64,000 bases of DNA from the NCBI GenBank assembly GCA_963814585.1, contig CAWFDF010000003.1, forward strand, positions 352,001-416,000, in the 5' to 3' direction. This document shows, piece after piece, positions 1-9,196 of this stretch. Origin of the DNA: an uncultured delta proteobacterium (lineage in GTDB: Bacteria; Myxococcota; Myxococcia; Myxococcales; Anaeromyxobacteraceae). The translations under genes were made by a program, and so were the position numbers. How positions within the stretch are numbered: position 1 is the stretch's first letter; each line of letters begins with the position of its first letter. The notes beneath the pieces were generated by a model. It did not search any database, was not told where the DNA came from, and worked only from the letters and a program-made list of their open reading frames with translations.

Positions 1-50
1 GACAGCGCCAGTTCCAGGGCTCGGGCTCGGCCCGCCCCGGGCCTGCCGGC

Positions 51-599
51 TCACGGTGAGGGACGAGGTGCGGCCGGCCGGGCGCCCGGGGCCGGGGGGT
101 CGATCCGGTCCTCGACGCGTGAGGCGGCGTCCGGATCGACGCGCCGGAGCAGGTCCAGCTCCAGCTCGTGGTCGCGCAGCGTCACGCCGTCCGTGCCGAA
201 CTCGTCGAGGTTTCGCTTGATCATGGTGAGGACCACGCGCAGTCCTCCGGCGTCCGGCTCCGCCTCGGCGCGCCACCGCAGCCCGTCCTGGTTCCAGCCC
301 GTCTCCAGCACCCGCCCGCCGGTCGCGGTGGAGCGGGTCTCCTTGGCGGCCGACGAGAACCTCGCCATGGTCCCGGGTGCCTGGCGGACCGCCGCGGCGT
401 CCTGGCCGGCCAGCGCCAGCCCTCGGTCGGCCAGCAGCCGCTGCACCTCCGGCCAGACCAGCTCCTGGGGCTGGCCGTAGCGGAAGGCCTCCATCTCCGC
501 TCGAAGCACCCTGGAGCGGGCGCGGTACTCGGAGAGCGAGGCGCAGCCCGGCCCGAGGAGGGCGAGGACGGCGAGGAGCCAGGCGGGGTGACGGGGCAT
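51..599 (-). CDS. Hypothetical lipoprotein (~182 aa)
   Basis: C-terminal part of ORF 51..2123; ATG at 599 gives MPRHPAWLLAVLALLGPGC, a signal peptide with lipobox-like Cys. Confidence 0.7.
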   Translation of the reverse strand: MPRHPAWLLAVLALLGPGCASLSEYRARSRVLRAEMEAFRYGQPQELVWPEVQRLLADRGLALAGQDAAAVRQAPGTMARFSSAAKETRSTATGGRVLETGWNQDGLRWRAEAEPDAGGLRVVLTMIKRNLDEFGTDGVTLRDHELELDLLRRVDPDAASRVEDRIDPPAPGARPAAPRPSP

Positions 600-767
600 G
601 GTGTGGCTCCTGACCGGTTCGAGCGGGCCTGGCAGTCTACCGCGACCGCGACCCTCCCACGAGACCGTTCCGGTGCCGAGCCGCGTCCGGGAGGCCGGCC
701 GGATCCGGCCGGCGGGAATCCAGGGCGTCTGGTGGCCGCCGGCGCCGAAGGCGGGGAGAATCTGGCC

Positions 768-1979
768 ATGGAGGGGAGCCCCAGCGAGCGCCGCGACGCC
801 CGGAGGTGGAGGGCGGTGCTCGGCCTGGCCCTGGCGTGCAGCCTCCACCCGGCCGAGGGGCTGGCGGCGCCGGATGCGACGGCGCCCGCCGCGAACCTCG
901 ACGCGGCCCAGGCGCAGGAGCCGGACGCGCCGCAGGCCCCCGTGCCCACCGCACCGCCCGGCAAGGAGCCGGGCGCCGACGAGGAGGTCCCCGTCGACCA
1001 GGCCAGGCCGATCGAGGCGGAAGCCGCCGCCACCGAGCCGGCCTGGATCGACGAGAGACATGCCGAGGTGGAGCATCGACTCGGCAAGCTCGTCGACGCC
1101 TTCGATCGCTTCTTCGGCGACGAGCGGCAGCTGGACGTGGAGTCGCCCCGGACCCGCCTCCGGCTCAAGAGCTACGTGAGGACCGCGCAGGACCGGGACT
1201 TCGCCTGGGCCGCCGCGGCCGCCGTCTCGGTCCGCCTGCCCCGGCTCCAGCGCTGGCTCCGCAACGCCAGGCTGGTGCTGACCAGCGAGGACGCCGGCGT
1301 CGGCGTCCCCGTGGCCCCATCGGTCGACGGCCCGCCCGGAGAGACGACCCCACCGGTCGTCCCGCCGCCGCGGACCGCCGAGTCCATCCCGGGGACCCGC
1401 GGCCGCGCCGACCTCCGCTTCGACCTCCTCCGCCGGGAGAACCTGATCCTCGACACCGGCGTCGGCGTCAGCTTCGCCTGGCCGGCGGTTCCCTACGCGC
1501 GCCTCCGCGGCCACCTCCGGCACGGGCTCGGCGCCGGCTTCATGCTCCGCGCCACCCAGAACCTCTTCGTGGAGGCGTGGGGGCGCGGTCCCGGGACCAC
1601 CACCGACCTGGTGCTGGACCGGTTCTTCGGCACCGCGCTGCGCCTGCGCTGGGAGGGGCATGGCCTCTTCGCCCGGACCACCCGCGGCGTGGAGTGGAGC
1701 ACGCTGGTCGCCGCCGAGTGGAAGGTCCATCGCCGCACCGGCCTCGGCGCCGGGGTGAGCGCCGCCGGCTTCGGGACGCCGGAGCCGGGCCTGGACGTCT
1801 GGCGGACCTGGGTCAGCGTCCGGCAGGACCTCTGGAGCGGCTGGATCTTCGCCGAGCTGGAGCCGGAGGTGGCCTGGCCCCGGCCCGCCGGGATGCCCCG
1901 GGACCAGGTCCTGGCGGTGACGCTGCGGCTCGAGGTGGTGATCGACGCCCACCCGGACGCGGAGGGCAAGGCCAGGTGA
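768..1979 (+). CDS. Hypothetical exported protein, probable outer-membrane beta-barrel
   Basis: Signal-like hydrophobic N-terminus, Pro/Ala linker, then alternating amphipathic strands rich in Trp/Phe/Arg; start inferred. Confidence 0.6.
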   Translation: MEGSPSERRDARRWRAVLGLALACSLHPAEGLAAPDATAPAANLDAAQAQEPDAPQAPVPTAPPGKEPGADEEVPVDQARPIEAEAAATEPAWIDERHAEVEHRLGKLVDAFDRFFGDERQLDVESPRTRLRLKSYVRTAQDRDFAWAAAAAVSVRLPRLQRWLRNARLVLTSEDAGVGVPVAPSVDGPPGETTPPVVPPPRTAESIPGTRGRADLRFDLLRRENLILDTGVGVSFAWPAVPYARLRGHLRHGLGAGFMLRATQNLFVEAWGRGPGTTTDLVLDRFFGTALRLRWEGHGLFARTTRGVEWSTLVAAEWKVHRRTGLGAGVSAAGFGTPEPGLDVWRTWVSVRQDLWSGWIFAELEPEVAWPRPAGMPRDQVLAVTLRLEVVIDAHPDAEGKAR

Positions 1980-2022
1980 TCGCAGCCGGCCCTCCCGTCC
2001 CCGGCTCGCGTATGATCGCCCG

Positions 2023-2652
2023 GTGCTCCCGCTCCTCGCCGCCCTCGGCCTGGCCACCGCGCCGGTGACGCCGGCCGTCCTGGTCGACGTGCACGCGCGG
2101 CTCCCCGACGCCCTCCTCGACATCCGCTACGCCACCGCCGACAACTTCACCGGCCGGCCGCTCTACCCGGTGGCGCGCTGCCTGCTCCGCGCCGAGGTGG
2201 CCGACCGGCTGACGCGAGCCGCTGCGGCGCTGCGGCAGCAGGGCTTCCGGCTGGTGCTCCTCGACTGCTACCGGCCGCTCTCGGTGCAGCGCGAGCTCTG
2301 GAGGGCGATGCCGAGGCGGGGCTACGTGGCCAATCCTGCCACCGGCTCGCACCACAACCGGGCCGCGGCCGTGGACCTCTCCCTGGCCGACCTCTCGGGG
2401 ACGCCGGTGGAGATGCCGACCGGCTACGACGCCTTCGGCCCGGCCGCCCGCGCCTGGGCCACCGAGGGGGTGTCCCGGACCGCCCGGCGCCACCGCGACG
2501 CCCTGCGCCTGGCCATGAGCGCGGCCGGCTTCGCGGTGAACCCCATGGAGTGGTGGCACTTCGACGCCCCCGGCGCGGCGGCGAAGCCGCTCCTCGACCT
2601 GCCGCTCGATGGGCCGCTGGCCACGGGCCCTCCACCGGGGGCGAATCCGTGA
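2023..2652 (+). CDS. ddpX: D-alanyl-D-alanine dipeptidase (VanX/DdpX, M15D) with signal peptide
   Basis: Motifs DIRYATADNF, DCYRP, SHHNRAAAVDL (SxHxxxxxxD), EMPTGYD, EWWHFD. Confidence 0.92.
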   Translation: MLPLLAALGLATAPVTPAVLVDVHARLPDALLDIRYATADNFTGRPLYPVARCLLRAEVADRLTRAAAALRQQGFRLVLLDCYRPLSVQRELWRAMPRRGYVANPATGSHHNRAAAVDLSLADLSGTPVEMPTGYDAFGPAARAWATEGVSRTARRHRDALRLAMSAAGFAVNPMEWWHFDAPGAAAKPLLDLPLDGPLATGPPPGANP

Positions 2653-4397
2653 CCGTGGCCCGCCGCCTCCCGGGCCTGGAGGACGCCGAGCTGGAGCGGC
2701 GCTGCGCCACGGCGCTGGCCGGCCGTCGTGGCGCCGTCTTCACGCCCCCATCCGAGGCCCGGCTGCTGGCCGCCTTCTCGCTGGCCGAGCTGGCGGCGCG
2801 GCGCGGTGGCCCGTCGGTGGCGGCGTCGCTGCGCGCGCTCCTCTCCGGCCGGCCCTCCCCGGCGCTGGGGAGCGCCCTGGACGGCGCCCGGGTCCTCGAC
2901 TTCGCCTGCGGCGCCGGGGCCCTGCTGGTGGCTGCGGAGCGGCTGGCCGGCCGCCACGGGGCCCGGCTCACGCTCCTCGGGCTCGACGTGGCGCCGCTGG
3001 CGGTCCGGACCGCCGCCGAGCGGCTGGCGGCGCTGGGGGCTGGCGCCAGGCTCCGGCGCGCCGACGCCGTCTCCGCCCGCTGGCCGGTGGCCGATCTGGT
3101 GCTCGGCAACCCGCCCTTCCTGCGCCACGAGTCGCTCCCGGCCGCCCAGAAGGCCCGGGCCGCGGCGCGGAGCGGGCTGCCGCGCCAGGCCGACCTCTCG
3201 GCCCACCTGGCCGCGCTGGCGCTTCGCCACGCGCCCGTCGTCGGGCTGGTGCTGCCGCGCTCGCTCGGCACCAGCCGATTGGCCGCCCGGCTCTGGTCCG
3301 GGGCCGCGGCGCGCGGCGGCTTCACGCTGCGGCTGCGTTCCCGCGCCGCCGGCAGCTTCGCCGCCTCGGTCGACACCTGGCTCACCTGCTGGGTCGCGGG
3401 AGCGCCGGAGCGCGCGCCGGCGGAGGCCGGGGTGCCGCTCGACGAGCTCTCCGACGAGGAGCTGGTGAGTCTGGCGGCGCCGGACGACGCCCCCCAGGAC
3501 ACCGGCGCCGCCCGCCTGCGCCGCTCCGGCCAGCCCCGGCCTCCGCCCGCCGGCGTGCCGCTCTCCGGGCTGTGCCTGGTCCGCTTCGGGGTGAAGACCG
3601 GCTGCAACGAGTTCTTCCACCTCGCGCCCCTCGGCGGCGGCCGCTACCGCTCGGCGGGGCTGGGTGAGGTCAGGCTCGAGGACGGCGACGCGACGCCGCT
3701 GCTCTTCTCGCTCAAGGAAGCCCGGGCCCCGGAGCGGTGCCAGCCGTCACGGCTCCTCTTCCGGCCCGGCGTCGCGCCCTCGCGGGCGGCGCTCGACTGG
3801 ATCGCCCGCGGCGAGGAGGCCGGTGTCCACCTCCGCCCCACCTGCGCCGGCCGGAGGCCCTGGTGGGCGGTGGCCCCCGGGCGCGCTCCAGCGCCGCTCC
3901 TCTACCCGGCCAAGCTGGGCGCCCGGGCCTTCGCCGTCCTGAACCGGGCCGGGCTGCTCGAGGACAAGAAGTGGCACGCCCTCTTCCCGATCGGCATCGA
4001 GCCGTGGGTGCTCTCCCTGGTGCTGTCGGCCACGCCGGTCCGGCTCGCCATCGACGAGGGGGCGCGCCAGCTGACCGGCGCGCAGGCCATCGCCGACGTC
4101 GACTGCCGCGTGCTGGCGTCGGCGCCGGTCCCGACCCGGGAGGCGCTGGCGAGGATCGCGGGGCCGCTGGCCTCGCTGCGTGGCCGGCTGGCCGGCGACG
4201 AGGTGACCACCGACCTCCCCGCCATGCTGGCGCGGCCGGCACAGCGAGAGCTGGACGAGCTGGTGGGGGGCGCCCTCGGCCTGGCGCGCCGCGAGGTGGA
4301 GCGGCAGAGCGCCGCCCTGCTGGCGCGGGTGGCCGCCCGGCTCGAGCACGGCGCGGCGGTACGGGCCCGGGTCGCGTCCGGGACGTCCCGGCGGTGA
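2649..4397 (+). CDS. Gamma-class N6-adenine DNA methyltransferase (Eco57I/TaqI-like), no endonuclease domain
   Basis: Motif X GAVFTP, motif I DFACGAG, motif IV GNPPF, TRD-like C-terminal half (RFGVKTGCNEFF); GTG overlaps ddpX stop (GTGA). Confidence 0.75.
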   Translation: MTVARRLPGLEDAELERRCATALAGRRGAVFTPPSEARLLAAFSLAELAARRGGPSVAASLRALLSGRPSPALGSALDGARVLDFACGAGALLVAAERLAGRHGARLTLLGLDVAPLAVRTAAERLAALGAGARLRRADAVSARWPVADLVLGNPPFLRHESLPAAQKARAAARSGLPRQADLSAHLAALALRHAPVVGLVLPRSLGTSRLAARLWSGAAARGGFTLRLRSRAAGSFAASVDTWLTCWVAGAPERAPAEAGVPLDELSDEELVSLAAPDDAPQDTGAARLRRSGQPRPPPAGVPLSGLCLVRFGVKTGCNEFFHLAPLGGGRYRSAGLGEVRLEDGDATPLLFSLKEARAPERCQPSRLLFRPGVAPSRAALDWIARGEEAGVHLRPTCAGRRPWWAVAPGRAPAPLLYPAKLGARAFAVLNRAGLLEDKKWHALFPIGIEPWVLSLVLSATPVRLAIDEGARQLTGAQAIADVDCRVLASAPVPTREALARIAGPLASLRGRLAGDEVTTDLPAMLARPAQRELDELVGGALGLARREVERQSAALLARVAARLEHGAAVRARVASGTSRR

Positions 4398-4417
4398 CGG
4401 CCGCCGCCGGAGCGCGG

Positions 4418-5965
4418 CTACGGCGCCCCGCGACGGAGCCGGCCCGCCACCCGGAGCGCGTCCTCGTTGACCGCGGCGGTCAGCGTGCGACCCTTGTCGC
4501 CCGCCACCACCTTCTCGATGGCGGCGGCCAGCTCCGCCCCCCTGGCCCCCGGCGGCGCACGGCGCGACAGCCAGTCGAGGCCGAGCACCGCGTGGTAGCG
4601 GGCGGCCAGCTCGGCGTCGGTCTCCACGGGCCTCACCAGCGCCTCCACCAGAGAGCCGGCCTGCGCGGCGTCGCCGGCGCGGCCCACCTCCAGCGCGGCG
4701 CGGCCGCGCACCGCCGCGCTGGGGTCGCCGAGCTTCCCGGCCCAGCAGGTCACCGCCCCGGCGCAGGCGCGAGCCGCGTCGAGCCGGGCCACCATGCCGT
4801 CCAGGGCGGCCTGGCGCGTGGCCGGGCAGCCCGAGCCGCAGCCGCGCGCCGCGCCGGCCACCAGCTCGCGCTCGGCCTCGCCGCCGATGAGCGAGAGGGC
4901 GTCGAGCGGCCCCTGGCGGGCGTCGAGGTCGCCGCCGGTCGCCGCGGCCCGCAGCGGCGCCAGCGCCGACGGGTCGCCGATGCGGGCCAGCGCCTCCGCG
5001 TACCGGTCGCGGGCGCTGGGATCCCTGGCCTTGTCGAGCAGCGCGCCGATGGGGGCCACGCCCGGCACCGCGCGGAGCCGCCCCAGCGACTCGGCGGCGA
5101 AGACCCGGACCAGGAGCTGCGCGGTGGGCTTGGCGTCGGTGTACCCGAGCGCCTCGAGGAGCGCCGGCACCGCGCCGGGGCCGCCCACGTCACCGAGCAC
5201 CTGGGCCGCCTTGGCCCGCAGCGCGGCCGGGTGGATCCCCCTGGCCCCGGCCCAGCGCGACAGCTCGGCGTCCCGACCCGCCACCACCGCCGCCAGCGGC
5301 GCCGACATCGGCGCGCCGATCTGCGAGGCCGCGAACGCCGCCTCGGCGAAGTAGAAGTTCCCCGGCCGCTCGACGTAGAGCATCCGCAGCACCGACGGCA
5401 CCGCCCGCGGATCGCCGATCCGCCCCAGCGCCAGCAGCGCCTTCTTGATGGCGAACGGCTCCCCCTGCTCGTCGCCGACCACCGCCAGCAGCGCGTCGAC
5501 GCCGGCCGGATCGCCGATGGCCCCGAGCGCGTCGATGGCGGCCACCTGCGTGAAGGGGTCGCGGGAGGAGGTGAGCTTCGCCAGCGCCCCGACGGCCTCG
5601 CGGGCGCGCAGGACGCCGAGCGCCGTGGCGATCTTCTGGTTGGCGTCGTTGACGTCGCGCTCCGGCTTCCCGGAGGCGTCGATGGCCTCGAGGAGCGGCC
5701 TCACCGCGGCCGGGTCTCCGATCTCGCCGAGGATGACGGCCGCCTCGGCGCGGGCCCGGGGCGCCTGCTTGAGCACCTCGGTGAGCGGCCTGACGGCGGC
5801 CTTCCGGTCCCCGGGCGCGGTGCGGGCCTGCTGCAGCGCCGCCAGCTTCTCGTCGATCCGGTTGCGCGACGCGGCCCGCTCCGCCCACCCGGCGGCGTCC
5901 TTCGGGTCGAAGCACGCGGTGAGCAGGGCGAGCGCGGCGATGGCGACGGGGTGGAGGTGGCGCAT
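4418..5965 (-). CDS. HEAT/PBS-lyase-repeat lipoprotein
   Basis: Lipobox LLTAC; many repeats of type AxxALGxIGDPxAV. Confidence 0.85.
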   Translation of the reverse strand: MRHLHPVAIAALALLTACFDPKDAAGWAERAASRNRIDEKLAALQQARTAPGDRKAAVRPLTEVLKQAPRARAEAAVILGEIGDPAAVRPLLEAIDASGKPERDVNDANQKIATALGVLRAREAVGALAKLTSSRDPFTQVAAIDALGAIGDPAGVDALLAVVGDEQGEPFAIKKALLALGRIGDPRAVPSVLRMLYVERPGNFYFAEAAFAASQIGAPMSAPLAAVVAGRDAELSRWAGARGIHPAALRAKAAQVLGDVGGPGAVPALLEALGYTDAKPTAQLLVRVFAAESLGRLRAVPGVAPIGALLDKARDPSARDRYAEALARIGDPSALAPLRAAATGGDLDARQGPLDALSLIGGEAERELVAGAARGCGSGCPATRQAALDGMVARLDAARACAGAVTCWAGKLGDPSAAVRGRAALEVGRAGDAAQAGSLVEALVRPVETDAELAARYHAVLGLDWLSRRAPPGARGAELAAAIEKVVAGDKGRTLTAAVNEDALRVAGRLRRGAP

Positions 5966-6065
5966 GCTGGTTCCCCTTGTGGCCGGGGATAGTACCCCGC
6001 GGACGGGTCCCGAGGCCACGGCAGGGCGCTCGACGAGGGCGCCGTCTTCCGCGTATACGCAGGCG

Positions 6066-6998
6066 ATGCGCCTCGTCTTCCTGGGCACGCCCGAGTTCGC
6101 CGTCCCGACCGTGGAGGCGCTGGCCCGGGCCGGCCACCAGGTCCTGGCGGTGGTCGCCCAGCCGGACCGGCCCGCCGGGCGCGGCCAGGCGCTCCAGGCG
6201 CCGGCCACCAAGGCCTGGGCGCTGGCGCACGGCGTCCCGGTGCTCCAGCCCGAGAAGGTGCGCGACGGCGCGCTGGCGGCCGCGCTCGCGGCGCTGAGGC
6301 CGGAGGCGCTGGTGGTGACCGCCTACGGCCGCATCCTCGGACGCGACCTGCTGACGCTGGCACCGCTCGGCGCCATCAACGTCCACGCCTCGATCCTCCC
6401 CCGCTGGCGCGGGGCCGCGCCCATCCAGTGGGCGGTGGCCTCCGGTGACGCCGAGACCGGCGTCACCGTCATGCAGATGGACGAGGGGCTCGACACCGGT
6501 GACATGCTGCTGGTCCGGACGCTGGCCATCGGCGCCGAGGAGACGGCGGAGGCGCTGGCCCCGCGGCTGGCGGCGCTGGGCGGAGCGGCGATCGTCGAGG
6601 CCCTGCCGCTGCTGGAGGCCGGGGCGCTGGTGCCGGTGAGGCAGCCGGCGGGCGCGGTGACGCTGGCCCCCATCCTCACCAGGGCCCACGGACGCCTCGA
6701 CTTCACGCGGCCGGCCGCCGAGCTGGCCTGGCGCATCCGCGGCTTCACCCCCTGGCCCGGCGCCTTCACGTCGCTCGCCGGCAAGGTGCTGAAGGTCCAC
6801 CGCGCCGCCCCGGTGCCGGGCGTCGTCGATCCCGGCGCGCCCGGCACGGTGGAGGTGGCCGCCGGATCGCTCCGGGTGGCCTGCGGCGGCGGCACCGCGC
6901 TCGAGCTGCTCGAGGTCCAGCCGGAGGGGAGGAAGCGGATGGCGGCGCGCGACTGGGTGAACGGCCTGCCGCCGGGCCGGCTGGTGCTGGGCGCGTGA
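6066..6998 (+). CDS. fmt: Methionyl-tRNA formyltransferase
   Basis: MRLVFLGTPEFA, QPDRPAGRG, INVHASILPRWRGAAPI, MDEGLDTGD. Confidence 0.97.
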   Translation: MRLVFLGTPEFAVPTVEALARAGHQVLAVVAQPDRPAGRGQALQAPATKAWALAHGVPVLQPEKVRDGALAAALAALRPEALVVTAYGRILGRDLLTLAPLGAINVHASILPRWRGAAPIQWAVASGDAETGVTVMQMDEGLDTGDMLLVRTLAIGAEETAEALAPRLAALGGAAIVEALPLLEAGALVPVRQPAGAVTLAPILTRAHGRLDFTRPAAELAWRIRGFTPWPGAFTSLAGKVLKVHRAAPVPGVVDPGAPGTVEVAAGSLRVACGGGTALELLEVQPEGRKRMAARDWVNGLPPGRLVLGA

Positions 6999-8362
6999 TG
7001 GCGCCGGCGGTCACGGCCCGCGCCATCGCCTTCGACGTGCTGCTGCGCGTCGAGGAGGGAGGCGCCTACGCCTCGCGCGCGCTCGACGCCGCCCTCTCCA
7101 GGGCCGGGGCGCTGCCGTCACGCGAGGCGGGCCTGGCCACCTCGCTGGTCTACGGCACGCTGCGCCGCGCCCTCCAGCTCGACGCCGCGCTGGCCCCGCA
7201 CTGCTCCCGGCCGCTGGCGCAGCTCGATCCGGCGGCGCGGGTCCTGCTGCGCCTGGGTGCCTACCAGCTGCTGGTGCTGCAGACGCCGCCGCACGCCGCC
7301 GTCGGCGAGACGGTGGAGCTGGCCAAGGGGACCGCGCATGGCCGCGCCGCCGGCTTCGTCAACGCCGTGCTGCGGGCCCTGCTCCGGGCCGGGCCGCCGC
7401 CGGCGCCGCCGCCGCTGGCCTCGGATCCGGCCGGCCACGTCGCCGCCGCCGAGTCGCTGCCGCGCTGGCTCGCCGAGGAGTGGGTGGCCTGGCTGGGGGC
7501 CGGCGAGGCGCTGGCGCTGGCCGCGGCCATGAACGAGCCGGCACCGCTCACCGTCCGCTCGCCGCGTCCGGCCGAGCTGCTGGAGCGGGCCCGCGCCGCC
7601 GGGCTCGACGCCCGGCGCTGCGCCGGCTCTCCGGACGGGCTCACGCTGGGTGGCGGATCGGTGGCCGATCTCACCCGGGCCGCGGCCGGGCTGCCGTTCC
7701 AGGTGCAGGACGAGGGGGCGCAGGCGGCCGTGCTGCTGGCCGCCGGCCACCTGCGTGGCCGGACCGCCCGCGTGCTGGACGCCTGCGCCGCCCCGGGCGG
7801 CAAGGCCTTCCACCTCGCCGAGCTGCTGGGGCCCGGGTCGGAGGTGGTGGCCGTCGAGCTCCACCCCCGCAAGGCCGAGGCGCTCCGGCAGGAGGCGCGC
7901 CGTCGCTCCCTCCCCGTGACCGTGATCTGCGCCGACGCCGCCCGGCCCATCCCGGGGCTGGAGCCGGGCAGCTTCGACGCCGTGCTGGTCGACGCGCCGT
8001 GCGCCGGGCTGGGGACGCTGCGGCGCCACCCGGAGCTGAAGCAGCGGCGGCAGGCCGGGGACCTGCCCCGGCTGGCGTCGCTGCAGCTGGCCATCCTGCG
8101 GGCCATGGCCGGTTACGCCCGGCCCGGCGCGCCGGTGACCTACGCCATCTGCTCGCTCTCCCGCGCCGAGGGGCCGGAGGTGGTGGCGGCGCTGCTGGCC
8201 GAGGGGTGGCGGCGGGATCCGGCCCCTCCCGACGTGGCCCGCTCCATGCTCGACGCGGATGGCGACCTCCTGACCCTGCCGCACCGCCACGGAGCCGACG
8301 GCTTCTACGCCGCCAGGATCGTCCGGACCACCGCTCCGACCGCCGATCCTGTCCGAGAGTAA
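6995..8362 (+). CDS. rsmB: 16S rRNA m5C967 methyltransferase (NusB-like N-terminal domain)
   Basis: QDEG, DACAAPGGK, DAPCAGLG, YAICSL; follows fmt. Confidence 0.93.
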   Translation: MMAPAVTARAIAFDVLLRVEEGGAYASRALDAALSRAGALPSREAGLATSLVYGTLRRALQLDAALAPHCSRPLAQLDPAARVLLRLGAYQLLVLQTPPHAAVGETVELAKGTAHGRAAGFVNAVLRALLRAGPPPAPPPLASDPAGHVAAAESLPRWLAEEWVAWLGAGEALALAAAMNEPAPLTVRSPRPAELLERARAAGLDARRCAGSPDGLTLGGGSVADLTRAAAGLPFQVQDEGAQAAVLLAAGHLRGRTARVLDACAAPGGKAFHLAELLGPGSEVVAVELHPRKAEALRQEARRRSLPVTVICADAARPIPGLEPGSFDAVLVDAPCAGLGTLRRHPELKQRRQAGDLPRLASLQLAILRAMAGYARPGAPVTYAICSLSRAEGPEVVAALLAEGWRRDPAPPDVARSMLDADGDLLTLPHRHGADGFYAARIVRTTAPTADPVRE

Positions 8363-8521
8363 GGATCGGAGGAGGGGCCGGAAGGTCCGCGGCGCGAGCG
8401 GATTCGCGCAAGCCCCCGGGATCCCGGGGCCGCGCCACGGCAGGATGGGACGCGCCTCGGCCGGGCTGCTCCGCGCCTTCCACCGCCCCCTGGCTCCCCC
8501 GGGTCGACTACACTCCACGCC

Positions 8522-9196
8522 ATGGCGCCCCCCATCCGCATCGCCCCCTCCCTGCTCTCCGCCGACTTCGGCCGCCTCGCCGACGAGGTGCGCGCCGTCG
8601 AGTCTGCCGGCGCCGACTGGATCCACGTCGACGTGATGGACGGGCGCTTCGTCCCCAACATCACCATCGGGCCGCTGGTCGTCGAGGCCGTCCGCAAGGT
8701 CACCCGCCTCCCCATCGACGCGCACCTCATGATCGTCGAGCCCGAGAGGTACGTGGAGGCCTTCGCCAGGGCGGGCGCCGACCTCATCAGCGTGCACGCC
8801 GAGGCCTCGCCCCACCTCCACCGGACGCTGCAGGCCATCCGCGCCGCCGGGGCCCGGCCGGCGGTGGCCCTCAACCCCTCCACCGGCCTGGAGGCCGTCG
8901 AGTACGTGCTCGGCGACTGCGAGATGGTCCTGCTCATGACGGTGAACCCCGGCTTCGGCGGGCAGCGGTACATCGACGCCTGCACCGACAAGGTCCGCCG
9001 GCTGCGCGCCATGGCCGACGCCCGGCAGCAGCCGCTCGAGGTGCAGGTGGACGGTGGCATCAAGGCCGAGTCCATCGGCGCCGTGGCCGCGGCCGGCGCC
9101 AACGTCTTCGTGGCCGGGACCGCGGTCTTCGGCCAGCGCGACTATCGCCAGGCCATCGCCGGCCTGCGCGCCGCCGCGGGCCGGCGCAGCGGATGA
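8522..9196 (+). CDS. rpe: Ribulose-phosphate 3-epimerase
   Basis: IAPSLLSADF, HVDVMDGRFVPN, MTVNPGFGGQ, VDGG. Confidence 0.97.
   Translation: MAPPIRIAPSLLSADFGRLADEVRAVESAGADWIHVDVMDGRFVPNITIGPLVVEAVRKVTRLPIDAHLMIVEPERYVEAFARAGADLISVHAEASPHLHRTLQAIRAAGARPAVALNPSTGLEAVEYVLGDCEMVLLMTVNPGFGGQRYIDACTDKVRRLRAMADARQQPLEVQVDGGIKAESIGAVAAAGANVFVAGTAVFGQRDYRQAIAGLRAAAGRRSG

Noticed and set aside
2023..2652. VanX as part of a vancomycin-resistance cluster
   Set aside because: No vanH/vanA/vanRS nearby; the signal peptide and context fit a housekeeping DdpX-type peptidase
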